From IMG/VR virus record IMGVR_UViG_3300037297_000066, positions 373,332-437,331 of that record: DNA of 64,000 nt. One strand, given 5' to 3'. Made by a program: the position numbers and the translations under genes. Each line of letters starts with the position of its first letter. The stretch's first letter is position 1. The notes beneath the pieces were generated by a model. The model made no database searches. It saw nothing but the letters and a program-made list of their open reading frames with translations, and was not told the origin of the DNA. This document shows, one piece after another, positions 1 through 8,832 of the stretch.

Positions 1-342
1 ATTGAGCACTTCGTGAGGACTCAGTCGGCTTACAACGACGATGGAGCGGGCATCAAGTCAGCTTTGGTTTTGCTGGACAGGATCGAAAAGGCCAGGAAGG
101 AAGCCGAAGAGCTGAAGAAGAGTCTTTCAATGAAGGAAGACGGAGAGGAAGCGGCCCAGGAGCTCACGCCGAAGCCTATGATTTTGGATGAAGAAGACTA
201 CCAACGCCTTCTGAAGACGATCCAGAAGCCTCACAAGCTCCGCAACCAGATGACTGGCGAGATGGTGTCTGGGTACCCCATTACCCCGGCCCACATTTTC
301 GGGGATTACATCAAGGCAGTCGAAGAGGCTGAGAAGATCTAG
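1..342 (+). CDS. Hypothetical protein, probably 5'-truncated by the window edge
   Basis: Frame is open from base 1 (ATT GAG CAC TTC GTG...) to TAG at 340-342. Charged helical sequence with no recognisable motif. Confidence 0.7.
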   Translation: MEHFVRTQSAYNDDGAGIKSALVLLDRIEKARKEAEELKKSLSMKEDGEEAAQELTPKPMILDEEDYQRLLKTIQKPHKLRNQMTGEMVSGYPITPAHIFGDYIKAVEEAEKI

Positions 343-351
343 TGAGGGTAG

Positions 352-1176
352 ATGGCCTACGGGCAAGGTGAGTATGGGCAGATAGGGTACGGCGGCTCCT
401 CTTTGGAGTCTGGCGGCCCTGCTCTGACTTTCTTTGATCCTTCAGAGGCCGAAGCCATCACTCAAGACGACCCTTTGGAGTTCGTTGTTGAGTCTCCTGC
501 TGAACTGGACGTCTTCAGTCTGAATCTAAGCCTGGGTGGGAAACAGGCTATCGTAGGTGGTGTGTTCCTCTCTGGGTATGAGGGGAGCATCACCTACGAT
601 CCTGAGACGAAAGTCGTCATCACCATAGAGAAACACCCTGACTTTCTGTCGAACACGGAAGTCAGCATCACCATCACCGATCTGGCAGGGAACACAGATA
701 CCCTCGGGTACAACCTGTTGGTTCCCAATCCAATCGTTGGGCATGCAACCGTAACCGCTAGTCCAACGATTGAGACCAGTGTTCCTGTTCGGGCCATTGT
801 TTCGGACCCCAAGACTTTCTCGTACATGCAGAGGTTTCAACGGGGGGATCTGCCCATTCACTTCAGCACGGCTCAGGGGTCCTATGTGCCGGCAACGGTC
901 AGCTACACCCTCTACCAAGTCCGTGAGGATGGGACTCGGAAGCGGGTAGGGCCTCGTAACAGAGTTCCTGTGGCGGGGACCTTTGGGGAGTTCTATGTAA
1001 CCGGAAGAGCTGGTGAAAGTGGACAGCCTGGGCGGTGGGTAGTCAAGTGGGAGTACCAGCGAAACTACTCATACCCCGTGGAAGAGAAAGAGATGGCATT
1101 TCAGGTCGTGGATGCAGCGACTTTGAACTGTCCTCTCGATACGACTCCACGTTGCAGAAGGTACGGGTGGAACTGA
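352..1176 (+). CDS. Putative virion structural protein (Gly/Tyr N-terminal motif, Ig-like middle, C-terminal domain resembling the N-terminus of the 1575 protein)
   Basis: Starts MAYGQGEYGQIGYGG. Ig-like 'VSITITDLAGN'. GAGGG upstream. C-terminal SYTLY..VGPRNRVPV..GEFYV..GRWVVKW resembles 1575 WYSLH..LGVPRRSPV..GHYYA..GNYRVRW. Confidence 0.65.
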   Translation: MAYGQGEYGQIGYGGSSLESGGPALTFFDPSEAEAITQDDPLEFVVESPAELDVFSLNLSLGGKQAIVGGVFLSGYEGSITYDPETKVVITIEKHPDFLSNTEVSITITDLAGNTDTLGYNLLVPNPIVGHATVTASPTIETSVPVRAIVSDPKTFSYMQRFQRGDLPIHFSTAQGSYVPATVSYTLYQVREDGTRKRVGPRNRVPVAGTFGEFYVTGRAGESGQPGRWVVKWEYQRNYSYPVEEKEMAFQVVDAATLNCPLDTTPRCRRYGWN

Positions 1177-1571
1177 TGGATAACCTCTCCAAGCGAATCG
1201 CATTTCGTTACCAGGAGGCCAACAGCCCCCTCAACCAAGACTTCTGGATGTCTCAAGACGACATACGGGAGCTCTGCCCAGCCTGTGCTGACCGGATGGC
1301 TTCGTTGAACATCCGACAGGTCAGGGCCTCGGTCTTCTTCTCCAATGCCTCTGAGCTGGCAGGTCTGAAGACAGCCAAAGGGTGGAAGTCTCTTCCCAAA
1401 GGGTGGACTCAAGACTCTCTCAAGAGCATGTGGGAGACCATCACTGGGGACGTGAAGCACAAAGTCACGAAGTGCATCAAGAAGATGGAGGGCAAGGTCG
1501 ATGACCCTGGGGCCTTCTGCGCTTCGTTGGCTGACAAGATGGAGCCTGGGTGGAGAAGCCGTAGGGACTAA
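1176..1571 (+). CDS. Small hypothetical protein (possible internal head protein)
   Basis: Start reassigned to ATG 1176 (TGATG overlap with the upstream stop). Contains CPAC and 'KCIKKMEGKVDDPGAFCASL'. Confidence 0.65.
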   Translation: MDNLSKRIAFRYQEANSPLNQDFWMSQDDIRELCPACADRMASLNIRQVRASVFFSNASELAGLKTAKGWKSLPKGWTQDSLKSMWETITGDVKHKVTKCIKKMEGKVDDPGAFCASLADKMEPGWRSRRD

Positions 1572-1574
1572 TCG

Positions 1575-2468
1575 ATGTCAGTCGCATTCTACAGAGGGCA
1601 ACAGCTGGGTTGTGAAGACCTGAACATCTACCTGGAGAACGCCTCTGGGACTCCTACCAATGCGGCCGAGATCTGGTACTCCCTTCACGATGTGACCACG
1701 GGGCAAGAGGTGTTGTTGGGGGTTCCTCGTCGATCTCCTGTCAACCCTTCCGTGGGGCACTACTACGCTAGTGTGATCATCCCTCTTGATGCGAACATTG
1801 GGAACTACCGGGTGAGGTGGTTCTTCCGGGAAACGGTGGGGGGTCCCATTCACGAAGTGGTCCAGGAATTCTCGGTCATCGACAAGGCAACGTGTCCTAC
1901 CACTTCCTACACGGATTGTGAGACGGACATGATTCGTAGGTTGAGGATTCTGCTCCGAGACAACAATCCTGACCGAAACTACCATTTCAGACCCCCTACC
2001 CACGAAGCCACGATCAACCAGTACAACCAGGTCTTCGGATTCATTTGGGAGGATGAGGAGCTTCAGGAGTACCTGGCTAGGGGCATGGACATGATCATTG
2101 CTGCCCCGCCCAGGACTCCCTTCGCTTCCTGTGATCAGCTGGTGCAGTGTCGCCCTGAGTGGAGGACTCTCCTACTCAATGGGGCTATGATCCATGCTCT
2201 CTTGGCCTTGCAGATCAACTGGATTGCTGACGAATTCGACTACAGCATCGGGGGCGTGAGTCTGACCATCGACAAGTCGAGCAAGTACGAGAGCGCCTAC
2301 AACAGTGTCAAAGACATGTTCAATGACCAGTTGGAAAAGGCCAAAAGCACGGTCAAGATCGTTCGAGGACTGCAGCAGCCTCGCTACGGTATCGGAATTC
2401 GCTCGTCTTTCGGCCCTTACACAGGTCGGGGTGTGTTGAGTCCTCGAAAGTTTGTAGGTTTCGGTTGA
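1575..2468 (+). CDS. Putative head-tail adaptor/neck protein
   Basis: Helical 'MIRRLRILLRD..WEDEELQEYL' followed by 'FDYSIGGVSLTIDKS', a beta-hairpin pattern typical of head-tail adaptors. Lies upstream of the tail genes. Confidence 0.65.
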   Translation: MSVAFYRGQQLGCEDLNIYLENASGTPTNAAEIWYSLHDVTTGQEVLLGVPRRSPVNPSVGHYYASVIIPLDANIGNYRVRWFFRETVGGPIHEVVQEFSVIDKATCPTTSYTDCETDMIRRLRILLRDNNPDRNYHFRPPTHEATINQYNQVFGFIWEDEELQEYLARGMDMIIAAPPRTPFASCDQLVQCRPEWRTLLLNGAMIHALLALQINWIADEFDYSIGGVSLTIDKSSKYESAYNSVKDMFNDQLEKAKSTVKIVRGLQQPRYGIGIRSSFGPYTGRGVLSPRKFVGFG

Positions 2469-2500
2469 TACCTAACCCCTTTGTGGGGTAAGGCTTTCGT

Positions 2501-2836
2501 ATGCCCGATGAGTCCAAGAAGAAACTGACTGTCAAAGATCCTGTTCCTAAGGAAGTGCTGGTTGTGTTGGAGCAGCTGGCTAAGGCTCGGGGGTCCTTGG
2601 CTGACCAGCTACTGGAGATGGAGCAGCGGAGGATCACTTTTTTGGCAGCTGCCAAAAGGGTTGAAGACCAGCGGAAAGCAGTTTTCGAGGAGATCTTGAC
2701 TTCCCGAGGGCTGGCTCCCGGGACCCCTGTTAACATCTCCAGCTCGACTGGTGAGATCACTCTGACGAGCCCTCCTGAGGGAGGTCATCCAGAGGAAACG
2801 TCTTCGGAGGAAACGCCTTCGGAGAAAACGCGCTGA
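2501..2836 (+). CDS. Hypothetical coiled-coil protein
   Basis: 111-aa ORF filling the gap in the operon, with a heptad-like helix. Confidence 0.65.
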   Translation: MPDESKKKLTVKDPVPKEVLVVLEQLAKARGSLADQLLEMEQRRITFLAAAKRVEDQRKAVFEEILTSRGLAPGTPVNISSSTGEITLTSPPEGGHPEETSSEETPSEKTR

Positions 2837-2852
2837 GTGAGCTTTCCTTTTT

Positions 2853-2875
2853 TGGATTCCCTTGAGGGGAATCCA
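2853..2875 (+). promoter_or_regulatory. Perfect 9-bp hairpin covering the RBS and first base of the 2875 start codon
   Basis: TGGATTCCC-TTGAG-GGGAATCCA(TG). Confidence 0.6.
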
Positions 2876-4251
2876 TGCCCTACGCTACTCAGCGAGACAG
2901 AGATCCGCACCAGCTGGAAATTGAGAGCTCCCCTTACCCGGTCTCTCCGTTGAATTTGTCCATGACTTCTGGCTACGAGCCGGGGGTCATCAATTTGACG
3001 TGGGATGACGCGGCCCAACTGTTTCAGAATTCTCGGTTTCAGATCATCGGGGTCAACGTTTGGAGGTCTTTCGACAGCGAGTTCGGTCCTTACGATCGGG
3101 TCACGACCTTGCCGGTGGGATCTAATTTCTGGCAGGACCGTACAGACAACGTGCTGATTCCAGCTGAGGATGTTTCGGATTCGTTCATCCTCAGAGGAGT
3201 TAACTCGACCGGATCGGACTACGGTAGGTACGTATTTCAGACCCAGTATCCTATCGTGAAGGCAGGTTCCCAGGCGATACCGGCAAACAGTCCTGATGAT
3301 GTGTTGGTGATGGTGGATGGGGTCCAGGCTCGGGTAAAGCGAGTTGATGGGTTCGCCAAAGAAGTCGAGCTGGATACCACCAAATACTACAACACCGAGA
3401 AGCAGAACCAGGATACCCCTGTCTATCCGGGGGACAACAGCGTGGTCACCTGTGCCTATCGGTACAACCGAACGCTTCTGAAGACAGACCTAGCACAAAG
3501 GGTCTTCTACAGAGTTACCACGGTAGGTCTTCCTGAGGCTTCTGATCTGTCGGCCGCTTGTTGTGAGGATCTTCGGGAGACGCCTTTGGAGCGGGCTCCT
3601 GTGACCAGCACCTCAGAGATTGAGAAGCTGGACTACATCTGGAGGGAAGGTATTCGACGCAATCGTTGGATTCTGTTCCAGGGGGGCGAGCGAGTGAAGG
3701 TCTTCATCAAGAAGCATGTAGGGCCTATTTGCCCATGCCGAGGTCCTCACTACGAGAGTTTTCATCAGCCCAAGAATGATTGCGAGCTGTGTTTTGGGGC
3801 GGGTATTTTGGGAGGGTATGAAGGCCCCTACGATATCATCATTGCTCCTGACGATGCTGAGCGTAGGATTGCTCAACGGGACGTTGGTCGAACCGTGGAA
3901 CATACCTACGAGGTCTGGACGGGTCCTTCCCCTCTCCTAAGCCAGAGAGACTTCTTGGTTAAGATCAACGGGGAGCGCTACTCAATTGGAGCCGTACGGT
4001 TTCCGTCCAATCGAGGAATGGTGTTGCAGCAGCATTTCAATATCAGCCGTTTGGACGAACAGGACATTCGTTACAGGGTCCGGGTAACGGCTCCTTGTGG
4101 GGTGTCTGCCAACGTGGCGGGAGTTGGTCGAGCTCTTCCTGGCATACCTCCTGGCAGTAATGCGTCTGTCCCCCTCACTGAGAAGTGCAACATTCCTAAT
4201 GAGCGTGAGATCAGAGGCCGCACTGTGACCTGGAAGAACATCACGTTCTGA
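2875..4251 (+). CDS. Putative head-closure/neck protein with FN3-like N-terminus and Zn-finger insert
   Basis: FN3-like 'PLNLS..INLTWD..GVNVWRS'. Zn motif 'CPC..CELCFGAGILGGY'. C-terminal 'LSQRDFLVKINGERYSIGAV' resembles the head-closure barrel. Synteny after the adaptor. Confidence 0.6.
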   Translation: MPYATQRDRDPHQLEIESSPYPVSPLNLSMTSGYEPGVINLTWDDAAQLFQNSRFQIIGVNVWRSFDSEFGPYDRVTTLPVGSNFWQDRTDNVLIPAEDVSDSFILRGVNSTGSDYGRYVFQTQYPIVKAGSQAIPANSPDDVLVMVDGVQARVKRVDGFAKEVELDTTKYYNTEKQNQDTPVYPGDNSVVTCAYRYNRTLLKTDLAQRVFYRVTTVGLPEASDLSAACCEDLRETPLERAPVTSTSEIEKLDYIWREGIRRNRWILFQGGERVKVFIKKHVGPICPCRGPHYESFHQPKNDCELCFGAGILGGYEGPYDIIIAPDDAERRIAQRDVGRTVEHTYEVWTGPSPLLSQRDFLVKINGERYSIGAVRFPSNRGMVLQQHFNISRLDEQDIRYRVRVTAPCGVSANVAGVGRALPGIPPGSNASVPLTEKCNIPNEREIRGRTVTWKNITF

Positions 4252-4257
4252 TTACCT

Positions 4258-4770
4258 ATGCGGCCTCCTAAAGTCAAAGTTGGCCGAGTCAACCTCAAGC
4301 CTTTGCTCCCTCCCGGGAGTCTGGAGACATTTGATGCTCAGAAGGTCCTTCGGTCTATTTCCAGGGAGGTGGTGAAGCAGCTCAGAGACAAAATCCTTCA
4401 GGAGCCTTTCTCGGACCGGGCCAAAGTAGCGTTGAGCAAGGCCATAGGTGTCACGGTGGGGCCCCGGAGCATCACTATCACAGCCAAGCACCCGGCCTTC
4501 AAGCCTCTACTGGAGGGACGCAAAGCCAGACAGATGACCTGGTTGACCAAGGCTAAGCGCCCCATTCCCATCATCACAGAGGACGGTGAGCTGATCTTTC
4601 GTTCGGCTACTCCTCGATCGATGCAGAGGGGCAGTTGGTATCATCCTGGAAGGTCTCCCACGACTGTCATTGAGCGTGCCCGAAAGGAGGCTCGAAAGAG
4701 CGTAAAGAAGAGAATAGTCAAGGCTTTAGCTAGCCACGTACGTAAGACGTACAAGAAGGGATCCAGATGA
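4258..4770 (+). CDS. Basic neck/tail-completion-like protein
   Basis: Very K/R-rich 170 aa with 'WYHPGRSP'. Position between head closure and tail terminator fits Ne1/HK97 gp10-type proteins. Confidence 0.5.
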   Translation: MRPPKVKVGRVNLKPLLPPGSLETFDAQKVLRSISREVVKQLRDKILQEPFSDRAKVALSKAIGVTVGPRSITITAKHPAFKPLLEGRKARQMTWLTKAKRPIPIITEDGELIFRSATPRSMQRGSWYHPGRSPTTVIERARKEARKSVKKRIVKALASHVRKTYKKGSR

Positions 4771-4771
4771 A

Positions 4772-5323
4772 ATGAGTGGTGGTATGGTTGTTTTGGGCAA
4801 CGTCACGGGGACTCACTTGATAGAGGATATTCAGGTGTCTGTGCCTTATCAGGTGGCTGTGACGCTCACACAAGAAGACGTTGTAAGGTCTCGTGACTTG
4901 TGGGTTGCTCTTCAGCAGAGGTTCATAGTCAAGCTCCGAGATTTTCGTCAGGTACCGAATCCTCCTAGATCGAATAATGCAACCTCGGCAGATTCTTCAG
5001 ATCTGTTGAGACTGCAAGAGGAGAATCGGAAGCTTCAATCCGAGCTGAGGCAGTCGAATCAGCGGACCGATGGTCTCGAATACAAGCTGGATGCCATCCT
5101 AGCGGCCCTAGGAAAGCTTTCTACGGTATCCCCTAGGGGAGAGACCGCTCCCGTTGAAAAGCCTCTCAGTGAGGCTGTGGGGGGTGACACGCCCATGTTC
5201 CTTCCGGAGTTTTCAGGGACTGAGTCGGAGGCTCGTATCAAGGTCAAAACTCAGCAGGAGGAGAGTGGCAGGGTACAGGAGGCGGCCGCTCTGCTGAGGA
5301 GGCTTCGCCAGCAAGAGAAGTGA
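4772..5323 (+). CDS. Hypothetical protein with central coiled coil
   Basis: 183-aa ORF coupled to the upstream stop. Contains 'LLRLQEENRKLQSELRQ'. Confidence 0.65.
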   Translation: MSGGMVVLGNVTGTHLIEDIQVSVPYQVAVTLTQEDVVRSRDLWVALQQRFIVKLRDFRQVPNPPRSNNATSADSSDLLRLQEENRKLQSELRQSNQRTDGLEYKLDAILAALGKLSTVSPRGETAPVEKPLSEAVGGDTPMFLPEFSGTESEARIKVKTQQEESGRVQEAAALLRRLRQQEK

Positions 5324-5358
5324 TTCTTTTGATAGCGTTGGAATGACAGAGGTACGTT

Positions 5359-6051
5359 ATGGATCCCAAATGGAAGGCTGTTTCCGTCCCTACCAGCAAG
5401 ACGGCTTGTTCCTGTGACTCTGGAAAAGCTAAATGGCCTTCCAGTTTGGAGGCAGTGTGGCAGAATCCCACTGCTTACGACGCTTTGGAGGACGGCCCTT
5501 CCTACATGCCCACGAAGACAGCCAGTACAACGGATCGGGCGGCTGTAGCCCGAATGGTTCAGGCCAATACGTACGCTGGGCAAAAGTTGGCTGACGAGGT
5601 GGGGGGAACCAGGTTAGTATCTCTGCTGACGGTCATGAAGGCTTTGTACCTGATCCACCAGACTCATCACTGGAGGACCAACGGGGCGTCCTACTATGCG
5701 GACCATTTGTTGTTCCAGCGGATCTACGAAGAGTCTCTGGAGTACATCGATGGGATGGCAGAGCGGGCTATAGGGACGTCAAACAACCCTTGGGTGATCT
5801 GTCCTATGAAGTTGGCCAAAGGTCAGCTCAATGTCGTACACTTCTTCTGTGAGGGCAATTCTCAACCGAGCCCTGAGCAAATGGTCAACATCAGCCTCAA
5901 AGCGGAGCTGGCTTTCTTGGCTTTTCTGAAGCAGGTTGTAGAGGCTATGAGGCAAGAGGGAAGCTCGACGGATGGCGTTGAGGACCTGATTCAGGGAACC
6001 GCCAGTAAGCATGAAGAGTTCGTTTACCTGCTGCAGCAGCGGTCCAGGTAA
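5359..6051 (+). CDS. dps: Dps/ferritin-like protein with ~80-aa N-terminal extension
   Basis: 'HHWRTNGASYYADHLLFQRIYEESLEYIDGMAER' matches the Dps ferroxidase signature HW...H..F...Y.E.....D..AER. Final helix 'HEEFVYLL'. Confidence 0.85.
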   Translation: MDPKWKAVSVPTSKTACSCDSGKAKWPSSLEAVWQNPTAYDALEDGPSYMPTKTASTTDRAAVARMVQANTYAGQKLADEVGGTRLVSLLTVMKALYLIHQTHHWRTNGASYYADHLLFQRIYEESLEYIDGMAERAIGTSNNPWVICPMKLAKGQLNVVHFFCEGNSQPSPEQMVNISLKAELAFLAFLKQVVEAMRQEGSSTDGVEDLIQGTASKHEEFVYLLQQRSR

Positions 6052-6086
6052 AATCCAAATCCAGAATACATCAGACGAGGATACAG

Positions 6087-7097
6087 ATGAGCAAGAAAGA
6101 AGAAGGGCTTACTCTTGGGGTAGGTCTAGACATCGGGACCATGAACCTTGTAGGGGCCCGGGAGGTGGAAGGCAAGACCGTCTTCACACAGGTACGGGAC
6201 GCCTTTCTGGACCTTGATCCGGAAGCGAAACGATCTCTCAAGATGTCGGGAGTGAACTTTCTGGAGAGCAACGGGTCCTTGGTGGTGGTTGGGGACAGTG
6301 CCTTGACCATGGCCAACCTTTTCAAGAGGGAGGCTCGTCGTCCTTTGAGTCGAGGGGTGATCTCGGCTGGGGAACTGGATGCTCAAGAGATCTTGAACGT
6401 CTTGTTGCTTGAAGTGGTGGAGCAGGCCCGGGAAGAGGGGGAGCACTGCTTCTACTCAGTTCCTGCGCCGCCTCTTGATGATCCAGGTCAAGACATCATT
6501 TTCCACACTGAGATCTTTCGTAAGATCATCAGGGGGCACAAGTACACGGCGCATCCAGCCAACGAGGCGATGGCCATCATCTTCAGCCAGTGCGTTGAGG
6601 AGCAGTTCTCGGGTTTGGCGGTGAGTTTCGGGGCCGGGATGTGCAACGTGGCCTTGGCCTACAAGGCTGCTTCTGGAATGGAATTTTCCTTGGCTCGGGG
6701 AGGAGACTGGGTGGATTCTCAGTCGGCCCGAGCGGTGGGCAAGACTGCTAGTCAGATGTGTGCCATCAAGGAAAAGGGAGTGAACCTGGCTCAACCTCAA
6801 GGTAGAGAACAGGAGGCTCTGGCTCTCTACATTCGCTCTTTGATCAACTACTGTCTCCAGAACATCGTTGCTCAGTTCAAGAAGGTTCGAAACGATGTGT
6901 CGTTGCCTGATCCGATCCCCTTTATCGTTTCGGGAGGATCTTCGATGGCCGGCGGGTTCTTGGAGTTGTTCAAGGATGAGTTCCAGCAGGTCAAAGGGTT
7001 CCCCATCGAAATCAGTGAGATTCGAGCAGCCGCCGATCCCATGACAGCCGTGGCCGAGGGGTTGTTGGTGCTCGCCAAGCAGGAACACGAAGAGTAG
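6087..7097 (+). CDS. Actin-fold ATPase (MreB/ParM/MamK-like)
   Basis: Phosphate-1 'GLDIGTMN', MreB-like 'RPLSRGVI', connect-1 'NEAMA', phosphate-2 'SFGAGMCN', adenosine 'VSGGSS', connect-2 'DPMTAVAEG'. 336 aa. Confidence 0.88.
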   Translation: MSKKEEGLTLGVGLDIGTMNLVGAREVEGKTVFTQVRDAFLDLDPEAKRSLKMSGVNFLESNGSLVVVGDSALTMANLFKREARRPLSRGVISAGELDAQEILNVLLLEVVEQAREEGEHCFYSVPAPPLDDPGQDIIFHTEIFRKIIRGHKYTAHPANEAMAIIFSQCVEEQFSGLAVSFGAGMCNVALAYKAASGMEFSLARGGDWVDSQSARAVGKTASQMCAIKEKGVNLAQPQGREQEALALYIRSLINYCLQNIVAQFKKVRNDVSLPDPIPFIVSGGSSMAGGFLELFKDEFQQVKGFPIEISEIRAAADPMTAVAEGLLVLAKQEHEE

Positions 7098-7098
7098 C

Positions 7099-8274
7099 GT
7101 GTACTACTTTCTCACCAACTCCCTTAGGAACCGTTTGATTCTGGAGCTGCAGGATTCGTTTTCGAAGCATGCTCTCTACAAAAAGATCGTTCCTAACATC
7201 CAGAACAAGTACGCCTTCAAAGAGCGGCCTCAGTTTGGGGTAGTGGTCAAGGGAGCCAGCGGAAACAAAATCCAGCTCTCGGCGGACAACTTCATTGGGG
7301 AAGTACTGAGCCATGTCATGCTGGCGTATGTGGGGGAACATCAGTTTCCCTTGGAGTGGGTGAGAGAGGACCTGAATAGAGTTAGGGCAGCAGGAGGTTT
7401 CCCTTCTCCTCCGGGGATCTACTATATCGAGGTTCTTCAGGCTCCAACCAATCCGACAGAGCCTGGGTTTTTCGCTATCGACCCTCTTTACACGCAGCCT
7501 GATGAAGCGGTTCTGGTTTTCCAGTCGGGAATTGAGAAAGAGGCCCAGCTTCAGAACGTACCCGTTCAGGACACTGTGCGGATCTGGGAGAACAACAAGC
7601 GGCTTCTCATCGAGGGAACGGACTACATCGTCAATTATGAGACGGGGGCGGTGGCTGTCTTGCAGTCGTTCCCTCCTGGGACTACTTGGATTGCTCAATA
7701 CCGTTATGCTGGGGAGTCCCAAGGTCCTATTCCCTTCTACTGGAACAGGGCGGACTTCGAGAGCATTCCGGGGGTGGTACTGGCTTTTGGAAAGAGAGCT
7801 GTTGAGGGGGATACGGTGGCTGTGGTTGTCTACCAGGATAGGGTAGGCACAGCCAAGGCTTATGGAGGGCAATTCGAAGCCTCTTTTGATTTGGATGTTA
7901 TGGCTCGTGATACCGAGCAGGTGGGGGAAATCGCCGACATGATCTTCATGTACCTCATGGCGGAGAAGCGTCCGATTCTGAGTGAAGAAGGTCTAGAGAT
8001 CATGGACGTCTCTATGGGGGGTGAGGCTGAAGAAGTGATGGATGAGAGTGGAGACAACTACTCCTATACCGTTTCCATGTCGGTACAGATCCAGTCGGTG
8101 TGGGAAATTCATATTCCGCAACCTCTCACCATCAGCAGAGCTACTCCTGTGACAGCTGCGGGGGATTCCGATCCTTCTCAACCTTCAGGACTTGTGGCCA
8201 GGGCGGACAAGCTGTTTTTCCAGACCACCCCCATTCTGGCCAACAGAAATCCAGATTACGAACGCATCGGATGA
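7099..8274 (+). CDS. Putative tail terminator/tail-completion protein with inserted beta domain
   Basis: 'SFDLDVMARDTEQVGEIADMIFMYL..VSMSVQIQSVW' pattern and position just upstream of the sheath. GTG start coupled to the upstream stop. Confidence 0.55.
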   Translation: MYYFLTNSLRNRLILELQDSFSKHALYKKIVPNIQNKYAFKERPQFGVVVKGASGNKIQLSADNFIGEVLSHVMLAYVGEHQFPLEWVREDLNRVRAAGGFPSPPGIYYIEVLQAPTNPTEPGFFAIDPLYTQPDEAVLVFQSGIEKEAQLQNVPVQDTVRIWENNKRLLIEGTDYIVNYETGAVAVLQSFPPGTTWIAQYRYAGESQGPIPFYWNRADFESIPGVVLAFGKRAVEGDTVAVVVYQDRVGTAKAYGGQFEASFDLDVMARDTEQVGEIADMIFMYLMAEKRPILSEEGLEIMDVSMGGEAEEVMDESGDNYSYTVSMSVQIQSVWEIHIPQPLTISRATPVTAAGDSDPSQPSGLVARADKLFFQTTPILANRNPDYERIG

Positions 8275-8277
8275 ACC

Positions 8278-8712
8278 ATGCCCAAGTACACTTTCGAGTG
8301 TGATTCCTGCAACGTTAGGTTCACTCGGACTCTCAAAATGGGAGAACACCTGACCTGCGCCTGTCCCAAGTGCAGAGAGCAGGTTCCTAGGTTTTGGGAT
8401 GGACAGGGGTTTTCCTTCGATTTTGCCGAGGGAGGGAAGGCCCCGGCAAACAGTGGGGTGACCAAGCACGATTATCCGACGGCGGACCAGGCTGTGGGAA
8501 GGTCCGCCGACAAACGGTGGGCAGAGTACCGAGAGCGGGAAAAGGTGAAAGAAAAGGTTCGGGAGAGGGGGGGTTCCAGAGCCTTGAATCGGACAGACTC
8601 CCCGGAAATAAACGGAAATCGTAGCTATATCCAGTACACAGCCATAGGAGAAAAGGAGCTCCAGGGACGTCGGGAAGTGGTGGGTAAGCTTAAGCAGCTA
8701 GAGCCTCGATAA
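8278..8712 (+). CDS. FmdB-family zinc-ribbon protein
   Basis: 'MPKYTFECDSC..F....CPKC' matches the FmdB-type MPxYxxxCxxC...CPxC motif. Confidence 0.8.
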   Translation: MPKYTFECDSCNVRFTRTLKMGEHLTCACPKCREQVPRFWDGQGFSFDFAEGGKAPANSGVTKHDYPTADQAVGRSADKRWAEYREREKVKEKVRERGGSRALNRTDSPEINGNRSYIQYTAIGEKELQGRREVVGKLKQLEPR

Positions 8713-8754
8713 ACTATCGTTTGACTCTACTAATGTAGAGCGGTTCTGCTGCTC

Positions 8755-8802
8755 AGATTCAGATGTAGACGTAGATCAAAAGCCCTAGATCCAGATTAAA
8801 AT
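8755..8802 (+). promoter_or_regulatory. 6-nt-periodic RAY array in the sheath gene leader
   Basis: GAT/GAC/AAT at 8756, 8762, 8768, 8774 and 8788, 8794, 8800. The same pattern recurs in four other leaders. Confidence 0.55.
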
Positions 8803-8832
8803 TGGCATTTTTCCTGCGAATAGGAGTGTCCA

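Noticed and set aside
1035-1175. Track's upstream starts for the 1035-1571 and 59660-60391 ORFs
   Set aside because: ATGs overlapping the upstream stops (1176 and 59675) fit the operon's coupling pattern better.
6051-7097. Actin-like gene plus upstream repeats as a classical ParMRC partition cassette
   Set aside because: There is no small ribbon-helix-helix ParR-like gene next to it, and the periodic motif also occurs before four unrelated tail genes rather than as a single centromere.
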